A stretch of DNA of 63,541 nt, the filler included, from Octopus bimaculoides (Eukaryota), in NCBI RefSeq assembly GCF_001194135.2. It is 9 parts of 7 records of this genome, joined end to end, with 100 filler letters (N's around TTAATTAATTAA, not from the genome) between each part and the next. Parts side by side here need not be neighbours in the genome. Positions count along the whole stretch, not along the records: positions 25,239 to 31,776 come from NC_068981.1; positions 31,877 to 38,808 come from NC_068989.1; positions 38,909 to 47,589 come from NC_069008.1; 6 more parts are not named here. One strand, given 5' to 3'. Below, piece after piece: positions 25,877 to 40,675 of the stretch. Each line of letters opens with the position of its first letter. Position 1 is the stretch's first letter. The translations under genes and the position numbers were made by a program. The notes beneath the pieces were generated by a model. That model made no database searches. It worked only from the letters and a program-made list of their open reading frames with translations, and was not told the origin of the DNA.

Positions 25877-25937
<61 letters not shown>

Positions 25938-26492
25938 ACATATATATAAATACACTCATACGCATACATAATTTGATACAAATACACTCACATGTATATG
26001 CATACATGCATAAATGCATATATACATATGCATATATATATTTATATCAGTAGATGTATATATACTAAAACAAAATAGGAGAGTTTGTTGATAACAGAAA
26101 ATTATGTTCCTTCTTATATCCATCATCATGCATGCACAGAACAATTCCACAATTGCAGAGAAATAAGGAAATCCCGGTGTAGCCTCTGAGAAAAATGAAT
26201 TCTTCGTTTTTCTTCTATCTTTGTCCATCCATTATCTGTTTCCTGAAAACTTGACTCACTCTTCTTCTCACATTCCTCGTTTCTTCCACCATTTTTCTTG
26301 GACTGCTCTGCTTCCTTTGACTGAGAAACATCGGCTGTGGAGAAAGAGAAAAAGTGAGTTTGGTAGTGTGGAGGTGTGTGTGTGTAAAAATTTATATGCG
26401 TCGTGTTATGTGTTTGCGTGTGTGAATGTGTCTGTCTGCTAGCGTTATTGGAAAACTTAGGAATGGGGTTGAAGAAATTATACCGAAAGCAA

Positions 26493-26527
<35 letters not shown>

Positions 26528-26669
26528 AGCAGTAGCAACAGAAGCAATAACAACATCAACAACAATAACACTCCACATCAATAACGTTGAAGACAACAAC
26601 ATCTAGAAGAACAACAATCGCAAACGTTAATTCGATTTTGAACTTCAAAAACCACACGTTTATTTATTA

Positions 26670-28270
26670 ATACAGCGAATAGAAATAGCCGAATCACCCT
26701 CAAAGAACACCTTCCCGACGTATATACTTAAAATAAAATCGTCCACACTGTACAACACACACACACACACACACTAAATGGTCAATGGTCATGTCACGAG
26801 TGGAACGTTATTGATCATACAGTTTGCCCAGTTAGGTCTCACCTGGGGTTAAAAAAAAAGCAGCAGTTAATTTCTCTGTATTACTTTATGTACTGCTTTT
26901 ATTCCACAATTGTAGTGTGTATTAAATACTCCGGTGTGTTTAACTTACTATATTCTACATTTTCTAATTCTAACACAATTACACTTACCCTACACTTATA
27001 CTACACTTATACTACATTATATTTCTCTATATTATGCTATATATTTGCTACACCATATATACATAGCATGATATTTTCACATCATATAGAGATAAAACTA
27101 ACTTCTCGTTTTCCTAAGTCTCACTCCACTTATTTTTTTCCTTACACCGCAAATAAATAACACATCTTCATGACTATTCGCTACATTGCATTATCCTACA
27201 CTACAACACGCCGTACTAAATTACACTGTGCTATATACTGCTTCACGCTATGCCATATACTATGCCATGGGGAGATCTGGCTGCCATTTCTAACAGATCG
27301 AGTGACTGTTTAGAGGCTCACTCGGGGCTGGTATTATTGGGGTTGTAACATAGCGTGGTTAGGTTTCTGGTCGTGTTTGTTGTTTAGCTTCGGGTCAGCC
27401 CAGTGCCACATCATTCCGCACGGCACATCTCAAACCGCATATCACCTTCACACACTAGCGTTACTCGGATGTTGTTAAAATTCTTGAAGTATTTCATATT
27501 TTTATCAGATTATTATTTTTTAAATGTACGTTTGCAGGCTGATGATGAGTGTCACGTTAATTTCCCCACCAATAATTTTATAAATAGAGTGTTGGAAATT
27601 TTTAAAAAAATCAGGTGGAAATTTGAAATACTTCAAGTGGTTGAAAGAACGCTCCTGCACACTGCACTAAGCTACTCCACTCTATGCACTCGTCTCTGTC
27701 ATACTTACATTACTCTTCCATACACTAACACTACTAAATTATACTATACGAGTCCACATACATCAATTGGTGACTCGACGTGCTAGAAACAGCAGTCAAA
27801 TCTCTTTCAAATCATTCGTAAAAACAGAGAAGAAAAAAATGATGCATTTGGCAAGTAAGTCTCTCATATGCTTAAAAAAAAAAACTGGAATGGTCAGCTT
27901 TTGGCCATTAGTTTACTCAATCAGGATTGACCTGCGGCTTAAACAACAAGAATACGAATAATCAAAGCCCCCGAGAGAGCTTCTAACAGGTCATTCGATC
28001 TATTAGAAACGGTAGCCAAATCTCTCTCAATTCACGAGAATAAGATACATGAGACAAGGCAATCCCTAAAAAAAAAAGACGGGGGATAGTCACGGCTGGA
28101 ATGCCTTAGTACACTGGTCTGCTCGATCAGGGCTGACCTGGGACTAAACAAAAACAACACAAAAACAATTAGAAAAATTTCAATTGTCCTGACATGATAG
28201 GACGACCATGACTGGTATGTCTGGTCAGCATGATCAAGTTGGCCTAGGGTTAAAAACAATAACAGTTCCT
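26670..28270. repeat. Cluster of two short unclassified dispersed repeats (D and E)
   Basis: D resembles gagggagatttggctgctatttctagcaggtcgagcgacc; E resembles cggctggaatg...tctgctcgatcagggctgacctggggctaaacaac; several copies in both orientations. Confidence 0.6.
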
Positions 28271-30558
28271 CTCCACACAATTACAATACATCTTACACAT
28301 ACGTACATACATACATACATATATGGCTCACACATACACACACAGGCAACATAGAAGCGTGCATACACACATACTACACATATATACAAACACAGCAAAT
28401 ACAAATACACGACAGAGGAGGCTCTACGTCGTGGTCTTCCACACGCTAGAAAGCGCAGCCCAACCCCCAAACTCTCCCTCAAATCACTACGTCTTACCAT
28501 CTTTTTCAGAAAAAAAAAAAAGGATACTCTTAGATAATAATGTAGTCCTACACACACTAAGTCTGAATATAAAAAGAAAGAGGATGGCCGTATAGGTCGA
28601 AAGGTTTTCGATCATGTTATTTACACAATCTGCGCTGACCCAGGAGTAGGGAAGAGTAACAAGACCACAATAACGACACGAAATACAAGCACCACACACA
28701 CACACACAGACGCACACACACATACACACACACACACACACACATACATACATGGAAGCGCGCGGGCACACACACACACAGAGGCGCGCGCGCACACATA
28801 CACACTAACAATACACGAAAGGCTTTCTTCACGCCTCAATAACTCACGCTCTGTTCCGTGGTAATATCATTGCATGTTATATTCGATATATTTCTGTTAT
28901 ATTCCATATAAACTATTTACAACTACAACAATGGGAATCATAATAATAGGAGGAATATCTTACATTTATCGCTTTATGTGATAAATTATATATTCTACAC
29001 CATCACATCACCATCACCAAGGATGTTTATCTTGTCTCCTCTTTTAGCATTTATTTCAATTCATTTGTCTCAAGAATGTGTCCCTGGGTAATGTGTATAC
29101 GTCTGTGTGTGTGTGTATGTGTAGTGTGTGCGTGAAATATAGCCATGTGTGTGTGTAATGTATGAATGTGTATGCGTGTGTTTGAGTGTACGTAAAATAT
29201 AGCTATGTGTGAGATGAATAGATGGGTGTATGTGTGAATGTGTGTGTGCGTAAAATACAGCAATGCGTGTGCGTGAGATGACTAAAGATGTGTGAATGTG
29301 TGTGTGTGCTTGAGACGAATGCCTTGTGTGTATGTGTGTGCGTATAAAATATAGCTATGTATGTGTGACAGGAATGTATGAATGTGTATGTATGAGAGTG
29401 TACGGAATGAAAAAAAAAAGCTTGTATGTGTGAGATAAACGTATAGATGTATGTATGTGTGTACGTGTATGTGAATGTGTGGATGAGTGTGTATGTGACC
29501 GTATTTTCAAAGTGTGTATACTTGTATGTTCAATGTGTGAAGTGTGTACGATGTAATACAAGATATGTGAGTTCGTGTATTCAGTTTATGTACGTATATC
29601 TATGTCTGTATCCATATGCATAAATGTGATAGTATCGTATGTTCACTGTATGTGTTTATGTATATGTCTGCACATGTATATATAGATGTATGTGCGCATG
29701 TGAATTTATTTAAATGTGTAGTTGTATTGTGTGTGTGCATGCGTGTGTTTGTACGATTGTAGGCTGTGTGTCTGTGTGTTCGATATCTATGCGTGTTAAT
29801 ACTGTTTTTCTGCCCGCGTGTATATATATATATATATATATAAATGCATAAAATGTGGTTCACTGAGATATAAATGTGTATGGATGCATGCGCGCTCTGG
29901 TGTGTGTGAGTGAGAACAGCGAGACAGTGCGTGTGTGTATATATATATATGTGTGTGTCTGAGTGTCTATGTGTATGTCTGTGTGCCTCTGTGTGTGTAT
30001 GTATGTCCTACCAAGTGTCAACGAATGCGGACGCATGCTTCTGTATTATATTTATTTCGTCTTGAATGTGTATGTGTGTGTGCGAATAAATATATATTTT
30101 TTTGCATATATTTCGCCTCCCCGCACATACATACATACATATATATATACATATATACATTCTGTAGACATAAACACATGTGTGTATATACATATATATG
30201 TGTGTATGTGTGAGTGTGTAGATATTGGATATAGATACAAATCGACGGACGCATACAAACATACATAGCCGACCGACTTTCATTGATTCCTTTTTTTTCT
30301 TCTCTTTCCCGCCATTGCATACCCTCTCCTGATGTCTCCTTTTTTTTTCTCCTCTTCCTTATTCTTCTTCTCCTCCCACCTCGTGGTCCTTCATTCACTC
30401 CAATCTCTATCTTCTTTCTTTCTTTCGTTTTCCCCCTTCTCACCTCTGTCTTATAACTAACTACTGCTGCTGCTGCTGCTGTTGTTGCTACCGTTGCTGC
30501 TGCTGCTGCTGTTGTCACTCTCGCCTCGCCCTGGTCTTCTCTATACGTTACGTCTTCT

Positions 30559-30591
<33 letters not shown>

Positions 30592-31876
30592 ACACACATG
30601 CGTATAGACACGTAGACACACACACACACACACATAGGCCCGATTTTTTCTCTCTGTCTCTTTGTATCTGATGTTCCCACTACCAACACGATCAACACCA
30701 CCACCGCCGCCGCCGCCGCATCACTACTATCGTGTCAGCGAGGGAATCACACACTCTCTCTTTCTCTCTACGTGTTCGTTCGTCTGACCTGCTGGAAATA
30801 ATAGCCGAAATAACCTCGAAATCACAACCTAAACAAAAACGCCTCAGAGAACGAGATACTTTGGATAAGTTGGGGCTGGGTTGTTCCATCCACATAGCAA
30901 AACAGACATCAAAAAAAGCGGGATGGTCATGGGGGGGGGAATATTTTTGATTATCGGGTTTGGTTCCTTCAGCACTGACCTGGGACTAAACAGCCTTTAC
31001 CATCACAACAGCCATCACCTCGCTACTAAAACCACCACCACCACCACCAAAATCACTCACTATCAACACCATCAACCATCACTTCTACCACCACCACTAC
31101 CACCACTACCACCCACCACCACCACTATCTCATATACAATCATCACCAACACTACTGCTTCCCCCCCCCCCACCACCACTATCTCACACAAGGACCTCGT
31201 TGTATAATGCACTCCTAATAATATTCCTTGAGGGATGATCACGGCTGGAATTACATAGATCAAAAGGGTTCTGCTCGACCATAACTGGACCTGGGGCTAA
31301 ACGACAACAACGACAACAATAACAACAACGTCCACGACTACGACGACAACAGTAACATCAACATCGCTATCAGTATTTCTGTTCTTCTAAATACCTCATC
31401 TTAACACCTCCATTTATTGTCTTCCATTCTTCCAATCTCGTGTTCACCTTGCGTTCGTTCCATTCCGTTCCTAATGTCACCAACCACTGAGCGTCATCGT
31501 TAGCATCATCACTATATCAGCATCAGCACAATTTACCACTATTCATCACATAGCTATTACCATTACTACCACTGTTACCACCACCACCACCACCACCACC
31601 AACACCATCATTGCTGCCGCCATCCTTACAAAACCAGTTCCAGTGTCGAGCAACCCCAAAGTTACTAGTGATGGTGTTTCAGTCATCCAGGTTAATCCAA
31701 TACGGACAGAGAAGACCTATCTATGATCGAAAGCATCCCAGCCGTGGCCATATCGTCTTTCCCTATGTGCAGGTGTNNNNNNNNNNNNNNNNNNNNNNNN
31801 NNNNNNNNNNNNNNNNNNNNTTAATTAATTAANNNNNNNNNNNNNNNNNNNNNNNNNNNNNNNNNNNNNNNNNNNN

Positions 31877-31937
<61 letters not shown>

Positions 31938-32711
31938 TTGCACATTTGCGTTCCCAAAAAGTATGTAACAAATTGAAGCTTGCAAATGACATGTATATCT
32001 AAATAAATATATATATACAATATACATGTAGACACGCATAGAATTATACAAATAAACATATACGTTGACATATATCTACATACATAAATTCACATCAAGA
32101 TACATATATATATCATAGTGTATATATGCATACAGATAATTAAAAATCTGTCGGCGTATAGAATATTAAAATGAGAAAATTAAACAATAGATTTACATAA
32201 TATAATTAAATGTAATATAAATACATAAATTTAAAACAAATATGTAGTTTTGAAATTCAATATTTAAGATTTAAATGTGAAAACGTGTAAAAAATGACTA
32301 AAAAATTAACCTCGGCAAAATCTAAATCTAAATTTTTAAAAATGTCATTGGGTTTCTTAAAAGTCGAATGTGAAATATGACGGCGAAATATTTACCAGCA
32401 TTGTAATACTAAAAGATGTCAATATTTTAGTTGCAAAAGCCAAATTCAAATGCGGAAGTCGAAACATTTTTGGCAACTTCAAAAAACTTTTACCCATACG
32501 GTATTTCTTTTAGTTGTTATTTTCAACCTTGTAGCGCGCTTGCAGGAATTTAAAAGTTTTCGTCTTTGGTTCAATGCATGTTTATCCTGGAACAGGATGA
32601 AGAGTTTCTCTGAGAGGCCAAAATTACATCACACTGGTTTCCTATATGCTCCATGTTTATATGGTGGTACTTGTATATGTATGTAGACATGTACCAATGA
32701 TTGCATGTTCA

Positions 32712-33990
32712 GTGTATATATATATATATATATTAGGGTTATTACGTCTTGAATTTTTTGGAAGCAAACAATTTCCTTTATCAAAAGTCGATTGATAATT
32801 TCATATAAATTGGGAAAATAACCTTTATTAAATTTTTTTTTTAATAGACGTCATCCTCAACTGATGAAACCTCACACTACTTTTGATCCAAATCATGCAA
32901 AATTCTAGGGGGATTCATAATGCCTACTCAAGATTTTGCAAAACTTGGTGTGCTTACCTAATACAATACGGAAGCAGTATATCTCAAATTTCAGCTTTCA
33001 AGTTTAAGTAGCTTAGGAGTTATAGAGTTTTTTTAAGTTGTTACAACTTAGGCCCTACTTTAGAAAATACCCTCTTCCCTTCCTTTTATTTATGTGACGC
33101 TAAAACTCTGACCACATTAACCGTTTTTCCGAATAGTAGTCTTAACCAACTAGAATATCTAAAATAATGTCTCATAAGAGACGTGCTTGTGTCACTCAAA
33201 GAAACAAAAAAAATTCTGGACGAAGAATCTCGTGCAATTTGAATACTCACTTAGAAAAAGGAGACATGTTCCTCTAGAAGAACAATTAATTGGAAAACAA
33301 CTGCTGGATACCAATGAAACTTCAAATTGTCGGTTGCTACCTGTTCCTTTGAGGTCCTATCAAAGGAAGGAAAGAAAGAACAAAGGAAATTTCGAAAGAA
33401 GTAATTTTTATGGCAAAAGAAATTAAATTCCCCATATTTATCAATTCAAAATGTACAAGTAAAAGTAGAAAAAGAGCTGGATACTTACGATAAATGAGTA
33501 AAACGAGGAAAATACGATTCATTGAAAGGAATTTTTGATAACACAGAGGAAAACGGTGAATAGTTGTGCAGTGAGGATAGGTTATATTATCTTAAAATTG
33601 AAAGCAAGGGACGGGTTTGGTATGCAAATGGAAAGGCAGTCAGTTCCACAGCTACCCCACATCCATCCAAAAGAAGAAAAGTGTCCTTAATGCCAACTTC
33701 AACCAGAGCAGCTTTCCATGCTTATTCATGTGTTGCCATGGACTTCTGCAGAAAACAAAAATTGATGGAAAAGTTACTGACGTTTAAAAATCGGAAAAAC
33801 GACCTATTTTTAGCTAATAATGAGACAGAAATTTTCTACATTGTAGCGGTGTCATTCATTGAGGTTTATACTTTAGCATCCAACTCGAATACTACATAAT
33901 ACATAAAGTATCGACTTTAAAAACGTTTTCTTCGTTTTAAAAATGCAGATTTTGTAAGTAAAACGGACTAGACCCCACATAAATTAAGTA
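32712..33990 (+). mobile_element. Decayed DNA transposon relic, possibly Academ-like
   Basis: aaatttcagctttcaagtttaagtagcttaggagttatag subterminal-like motif; LMPTSTRAAFHAY resembles the LPPTxxAxxxHxxR motif. Termini not confirmed. Confidence 0.25.
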
Positions 33991-36900
33991 TATATACATT
34001 GATATAATATATTTGGACACTGTATAGGATAACTGTTAGTGGCTAATATGTTGAAATTATCAATATCATGGTAAAGTGTCTGCCGTGTATTTTGGGACAT
34101 ATGCAAAGATGCATCTGTTTTGATTTTTCTAAAGATTAGCGCCTGGAGTTCATTTGTGTGCGTAATATCTTATGATGATGTTGGTAACGACTTGTAGATA
34201 CTATTAAACCTCATTCAAATGACTACTTAATCAATCACGATCCAGACAAATTTTAGCGTATGAAACACGAGGGAGATTGATTGCAATCTGAACTCAAATT
34301 CTCTGCATTAAAACCGAGTAGTAAAACGATAGAGTTAACCCATTAATACCCATTCAGCATAGTTTAGTTAAATGTATGATTAAACATATGGTTGGTACCA
34401 GCATACAATCGAAACCGAACAACCACATACTCAAATTCAATATTAAACTATATATACAGGAGAAGGATTACTCGTTCGATAGAGACGAAATCAAAATCTT
34501 AAATCTGTTTTTTGACAGCTCACAATGTACTAACCGAATGTCTGTAACTATGGTAATGCATTTCTGCAGTGTAGATAACAATGCAGATGTAGTTAAAACA
34601 AAGGCAGAAGAAGCCAAAAAATTGAACGAGAATTGTATAAGTAATGTAGAACATATGTCATACTTCATCCATCAGACAGCCATGATGAACAATGGCTTAC
34701 TCTAAATAAGACGGCCTAATAAAAAGATTGCGTGTATTGAATACCAGCCTTTTTTATATAAGAATTATTTTATTTAGATCGTCATTGACTATAGATTTTA
34801 ACTTTTTTCTTTGATTGGATAGTAAAGATTGCTTGTAATGGATGGATCCTGTGTCTGAATTCCCTTGCCGCATTGTGGGCATATTGGTGAAACTTTACAC
34901 ACCAAGTTTATTAGATTTTCTACCAGGATAATTACTTTTAACTTCTTCGATATAGGTGAGGTCCTGTGGAACAGACATTTCGTAACAAATGGGTATACAA
35001 TAATACAGATTGCACTTTCTAATTCCAATATATAAGTTCGTTTTGATATGGATAAGAATACAAAAATGAATAAAGAAGTGGATGTGAAATTCGTTGAGGC
35101 TAAAATCTATGATCCAACGAACTCACGTTTACGAAACGTTAAATGAAACGAAAACCTACAATTTCTGTAGTTGTAAAATAAAAACTCATTTAGAGAAATC
35201 TTACAATCGATAGCAAATTGAGATTGAACAAAATCAATCCACAACTGTGAAACTAGTAAGCAGTATAACGCGTCAGTTTCCCGTAAAAGTTGTTTAAGGA
35301 CGCCATGGCATTATGAAGATGAAATGGCTCGTATATAGAGGAAAGTGTCGTTGAAACCTGATGGGATTACAGTATTTCTATATTCTAATACTGTTGAGTA
35401 GATAGCTTCGACGTGTAAATAAACAACATTGAAATTATATTTTTTCCACGCACGTACATTAAACTTCCAGAGGGTAGTCTAAAGATGTAGTGCACATATT
35501 TAAGTCCATATGTATGGCAGCAGCAGACTTGTGCGAGGCTCCATCACCATATACCTCTCATAAATAAGAACACACGAATGAAAATAATAAAGAATGAATA
35601 ATATATTAACCACAGAATGAATACAAAGCAAACTATTACAATATAACGCATTGCGATGAAACTGACTTTTTAAAATTTCAAAATACACCGGATCCGTTTA
35701 AGTTAGAACTTAATCACACTGCTAACTATACCAGCTGGAAAGACTTAGTATTCTATACGAAATCAGTGTACTAAACATTAAAGTACAGAATTAATTGGGC
35801 GCTTAATGTTCGACCAACGAACTTTAGATAAGTCTGTACTCGATGTTATATTCTCATATGTCATTGATAATAACTTACCGGTTTTGAGAAGGCTCACTAA
35901 GCAGATTTAAATGTAGAACATAAGGATGTTAACTAATTGTCAATAGGCATTTGTACAGTTCTACACTATTTCCTTTATTGATTAATATCAATGTGAATTA
36001 ATGACGTAGATATGAATGTCAGTAGCATATTAGACGTCTCTTTAATAATTGATCTATCTATTCCCAAGGAGTCTGTATTCAGAGTTGTGTGTATGGGTGT
36101 CTTACGCTGTGTCAATGCTCTTCTGGGTGTCGGGTAGGGTATCAAAGATAGGTAAATAAAATAACGAGCAAATTTCAGTAGGTGTGTCGTATTACCTGAC
36201 GTTTGGGAGTTTTTGTTCGGGGGGGGGGGGGTTGCTACAAGATCGATATCAATAAAATGTAAATTCAGAAATTAAAGTAATTCGAGAGGACAAAATATGT
36301 GTTCGGTGTAACAGTATAACCAACACAATGCCTTTCATATGTTATTGAATATATTAAATATTATGGTGCCATAATTATTCGGATTGTCTTCGATTTTGGT
36401 AAAATTTGGTAAAATGGCTCTAGAAATATGACATCGCTTTTACATTCTTACCCCTACTTTATACGCAATAAACTAAGAGCTATTCAATGAAAACAAATTT
36501 ATCATTTAGAGAATGTTTTATGAAAATATAAACTCAAATAGCAATGAGAAATAGGTATGATACAATCTCATACATAAATTGCATGTTTATGGTGAATAAC
36601 AAATATTTGGAGACATTTACAAAAGCTAAAAGCTATAGAACTATAGAATCTATAATAAACGATGCAATGAAAAATCAACAGATGTGGAGTGTGAAACAAT
36701 AGCAATGATATTGATTGTAGACTTTTTGAAGTGAGCAGTTCTCTTAAACAACAGTTTTTTTTTTTATATAGTATTTACAGTGGGAGAATTATGTTATTTA
36801 GTGAGCAGAAATTGATTGAAGGAAAATGAAAACACTTTGAAACACATTTGTGGAAATCATCAAAACACATGAAAAAAGCTTTTGGCTAAGTTTTTGACAT

Positions 36901-37889
36901 AAAACGTCGAAGTAACATTTATCAATTTTGTGCAGCATTTGATGCTTTAGTTTGCACTACAATACAATAGTCGGCATTAATCAGTAAAGTATTTTAAACA
37001 GCCGCTATAATCGTGGAAACATACTATTGTTTTGCTTCTTGATACATTCTGCAAAAGACACCTTATAGACATTAAGGCAAAAATAGTATTAAAAGAAGAA
37101 TTACATAATACTCATTCTACCTTTAGTTAGCATGTTATCGAGAAAATACATGAGTAAATATCACAGATATTAACACCATGCATATTTGTCTGTATGTATT
37201 CAAAAGAAATTTTTTTATACTAATCGTTTACTTTCATATACATAGGAAGCGTTGAAAGACTCACTATCTTTAATATGTTAAAAATTTAAATAGCTGTTTA
37301 GCCATTCACAACATAGAGTAATTGTTAAAAAGCAAGATCTCGTATCAATTCACAAGATATACTCGTTAAATAATAAACGTGTGTTTATAGGTCAAAACAT
37401 ACACTTCACGATTCCTCTTATAGCATGACAAATAATTAGGTTTTTTTTTTTTTTAAAGTGTTTCTGTAAAACACATCTTTTGAAAAGAATCGCTATTCCA
37501 ACTCGTACATACACATCACTTCGTTAATCATATATCCAAAGACATAACATTTGTTTTCTGAAGTAAAAAACAGTGTCTGAATTCTCATCAGCCTAGTCCC
37601 AACGTTTTGTATTATAATCAGCAAATTGCTCTATCATATTTTTGCAATAAATCAATACGTAGTAGAAATGCAAAAGAAACTTTTTCGGTGCAAATATACA
37701 TTCATGGGGAAATTGTTCCTTGCTATAAATAACCTTTGATAGTAATTAATGATATACATTTATATATGGTAGTTCGGTCTGCTTGAAGCAGAAAAAGTTT
37801 CGAAACCAACAACATATATACATACTTCTATACATATGCGTGTGTGTGTGTGTGTGTGTGCATATTGGGTTGTCAGATTCTTTCTACTG

Positions 37890-38560
37890 TTACATTAGCT
37901 CGTCAATGGCTTCACAGTAAAAATTATCGTGTATTGACACGATGAAATCGTTGATCCACTTCTTATTTGCACGTTGCTCTTGAACAAAACACCTTGTCGA
38001 CTCATGCAAAGCGACCGAAAATAACTTAATCTGGAGGCACTTTATCAGGATACTACAGTTCAGTGGGTACGGTAGAACTCCTGAACCGATCTCTTGAATA
38101 GCATTTGTGCTCAAATTAGTGACGTGGAGAACAGAACTGTCATAAGGAAGTAGCTGGCCATGTCGTCGGTCGAGTCGTTTCAGCTGGATTTTTGAGCTTA
38201 GAGACCTCATCAACCTACTGAAGGCGTCGACGTTGGTATCATTCCATTTGCTTGGGTAATTCCCTAGCGATTTTGTGAAGATAGTCGTCCATGAGATGGT
38301 TGAATCGATTCTCATTGAACTGAACCTGAAGTCGAATTTCTCCCCTTAATACATTAAAACATTTTCTGTGTAGGTCTGTGGGTTATAGAAACTTCTTTGG
38401 TATGCAGCAGAAATGCTTCGAGTGATTTTGGTAGTTTTGGAATATTGACTGAATCAGAAGATACGAAGGTCTCAAATATGCTGTTGATTTCCTGCTTGAA
38501 ACTGCACTGCCGTACTTTGGAATACAGGAAACAGTGATTCAAATTTCAAAGATGATCTGT
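37890..38560 (-). other. Unassigned coding-like segment
   Basis: 141-aa and 62-aa non-repetitive ORFs on the same strand in locally GC-richer sequence; no family recognised. Confidence 0.25.
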
Positions 38561-38908
38561 AGCAGTTGTAGCGGAAAAACAGATGAGTAATAAACGATGC
38601 AGCTCATCAATAAAAGTATGTTTTCCGTGTTAGAGGAACGAAACATGCTTCTCAATCACTGTTCTTAGATCAGTGCCACTGCATGGTACCCCTAGCAGTG
38701 TTTTCTATTGTATTTTGGGACCGATTAAAGCTTGGTAAATCGATTACATAGACAGGAACTGAAACATGTCCGTCATATGTACATACCTACCTATATATAT
38801 ATATATATNNNNNNNNNNNNNNNNNNNNNNNNNNNNNNNNNNNNNNNNNNNNTTAATTAATTAANNNNNNNNNNNNNNNNNNNNNNNNNNNNNNNNNNNN
38901 NNNNNNNN

Positions 38909-39305
38909 TTTTTCTGCTTTATCTTTTTTATCTTCTACTTGTTTCCGTTATTAAACAGTGGCAGTGCTGAAGAATTTTTAGTCAAATGAAGTGAACACAT
39001 TACTTTTTTTTTAAGGCTGGTGCTTATTCTATTGGGCTCTTTTGCCAAACTATTAAGTATTAAGTCACGGACACATAAACACACCAACACCAGTTCTCAA
39101 GCAGTGGTGGGGGACAAACACAGATACATGCATATATCTATATACAATGGGCTTCTTTCAGTTTCCGTCTACCAAAACCACTTACAAGGCTTTGGTTGGC
39201 CCAAAGCTATAGTAGAAGACACTTGCCCAAAGTACCACGCAGTGGGACTGAACCTGGAACTATGTGGGTGGGAAGCAAGCTTCTTATTGCACAGTCACAC
39301 CTGTG
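38909..39305 (-). mobile_element. SINE family A
   Basis: gaagacacttgcccaaagtaccacgcagtgggactgaacc matches the family A head and CORE. Confidence 0.8.
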
Positions 39306-39714
39306 CCATATATATTATCTACATGTGTGTCTGTTTGTCTCCACCATTGTTTGACAACTAATGTTGGTTTGTTTATATCCCCATAACCTATCAGAGACTG
39401 ATAGAATAACTATTAAGCTTAAAAAAAAAACAAGGTCAGCTAGGGGCTATAGCAGAAAAACCTTACCTGAGGTGCTGCAGTGGGACTGAACCCATGACAA
39501 AATGGTTAGGAAGCAGACTTCTTAAACATAGCTATGCCTGTCCTTCATACAAGATGACACCAGAAAGGAACAAGGCTAGTATGCTCTGCTAGATGTGCAA
39601 TGTAAGAGTAGACAGTAAAGTCACCCTCTCAAGTTATACTGATTCATAAGGGCCAGTTCCCTGGTTTCCATGGCATGTATATTCCCCACCTGGATGGTGT
39701 GCTGGTCCGAACAG

Positions 39715-40495
39715 GAAATGTAAGAGTACATGTGAAACCGAGTGCTAGTATATTGAAAGAAAAAAGTTAGGCATAAGAGGAATTAGATGCAGTGTGCAAG
39801 AGAGAAGATTGTGCTGGTTTCGGTATGTGGTATGGATGGATGTCAACAGCTCCTTAACCCTTTAGTGTTTGCATTATTCTGCCAAAATTAATGCTTTTTC
39901 ATCCACATTGTTTTGAACTAATCATGCATTATCTTGTAGCTATGAGATTTTGATGTGGTAGCTGTTAATTTTTAAAACGATATTGTAGGGTTGGTGTGAG
40001 AGACCAGATTTGGCCAGTTTGAACATAAAACAAGCAGAATTCTTTTGGTCGGATATGGCCGGTTTAAATGCTAAAGGGTTAAAGAAGTGCTGATAGAGGG
40101 AGACACAGGAAAACATGGGACAAAGTACTGAAAGACGCCATCAGGACACTGAACCTTTTTGGAAGAGATGAGAGAGGACCAAGATATCTGGTACCTTGCT
40201 CTACTGAAGAAGACGTCCTCCTCAGCGGAAGTGTTAAGGCCGTTCCCTCGGATTAAGAGGAATGGCCTGCAAGAACCCTGTGCCACTGCCATGTAAACTA
40301 TACTCAAGCTGGCACAATATAAAAGCTCTTGTGTTGGTGGCACATTAAAATCCCCCAGCACACACTGTAAACTGGTTGACATTAGGAAGGGCATCCAGCC
40401 ACAGAAACCAAGCCAAACCAGACTGGAACTTGGTGCAGCTCTGGTTAAACTGTACAACCCATGCCAGCATGTAAAATGGATGTTAAAAAAATGAA
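39715..40495 (+). mobile_element. RTE-clade LINE 3' end and tail, interrupted by a MITE
   Basis: QERRLCWFRYVVWMD...GRHRKTWDKVL resembles RLRWFGHV...GRPRKTW; tail ggaagggcatccagcc...catgccagcatg...gatgttaaa. Confidence 0.7.
39858..40078. mobile_element. piggyBac-type MITE (221 bp)
   Basis: ttaa|ccctttag...ctaaaggg|ttaa; TTAA at 39854..39857 and 40079..40082; a decayed relative lies around 43385..43950. Confidence 0.9.
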
Positions 40496-40498
40496 GAG

Positions 40499-40660
40499 GT
40501 ACAGGAGTGGTTATGTGGTAAGACGCTTGCTTACCAACCACATGATTCCGGGTTCAGTCCCATTGCGTGGCTCCTTGGGTGTCTTCTACTATAAGCCTTG
40601 GTCTGATCAAGGACTTGTGAGTGGATTTGGTAGATGGAAACTGAAAGAAGACTGTCATAT
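40499..40660 (+). mobile_element. SINE family A, 5' half
   Basis: ggagtggttatgtggtaag, gggttcagtccc; ends in (TA)n. Confidence 0.85.
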
Positions 40661-40675
40661 ATATATATATATATA

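Noticed and set aside
28487-30518. CVCV, HTHT and IYIY-rich ORFs here and throughout
   Set aside because: Translations of (TG)n, (CA)n and (TA)n microsatellites.
30400-31620. Poly-Ala, poly-Thr and poly-Pro ORFs as exons of a low-complexity protein
   Set aside because: Mixed trinucleotide microsatellites interleaved with repeats D and E; no splice-consistent frame or domain found.
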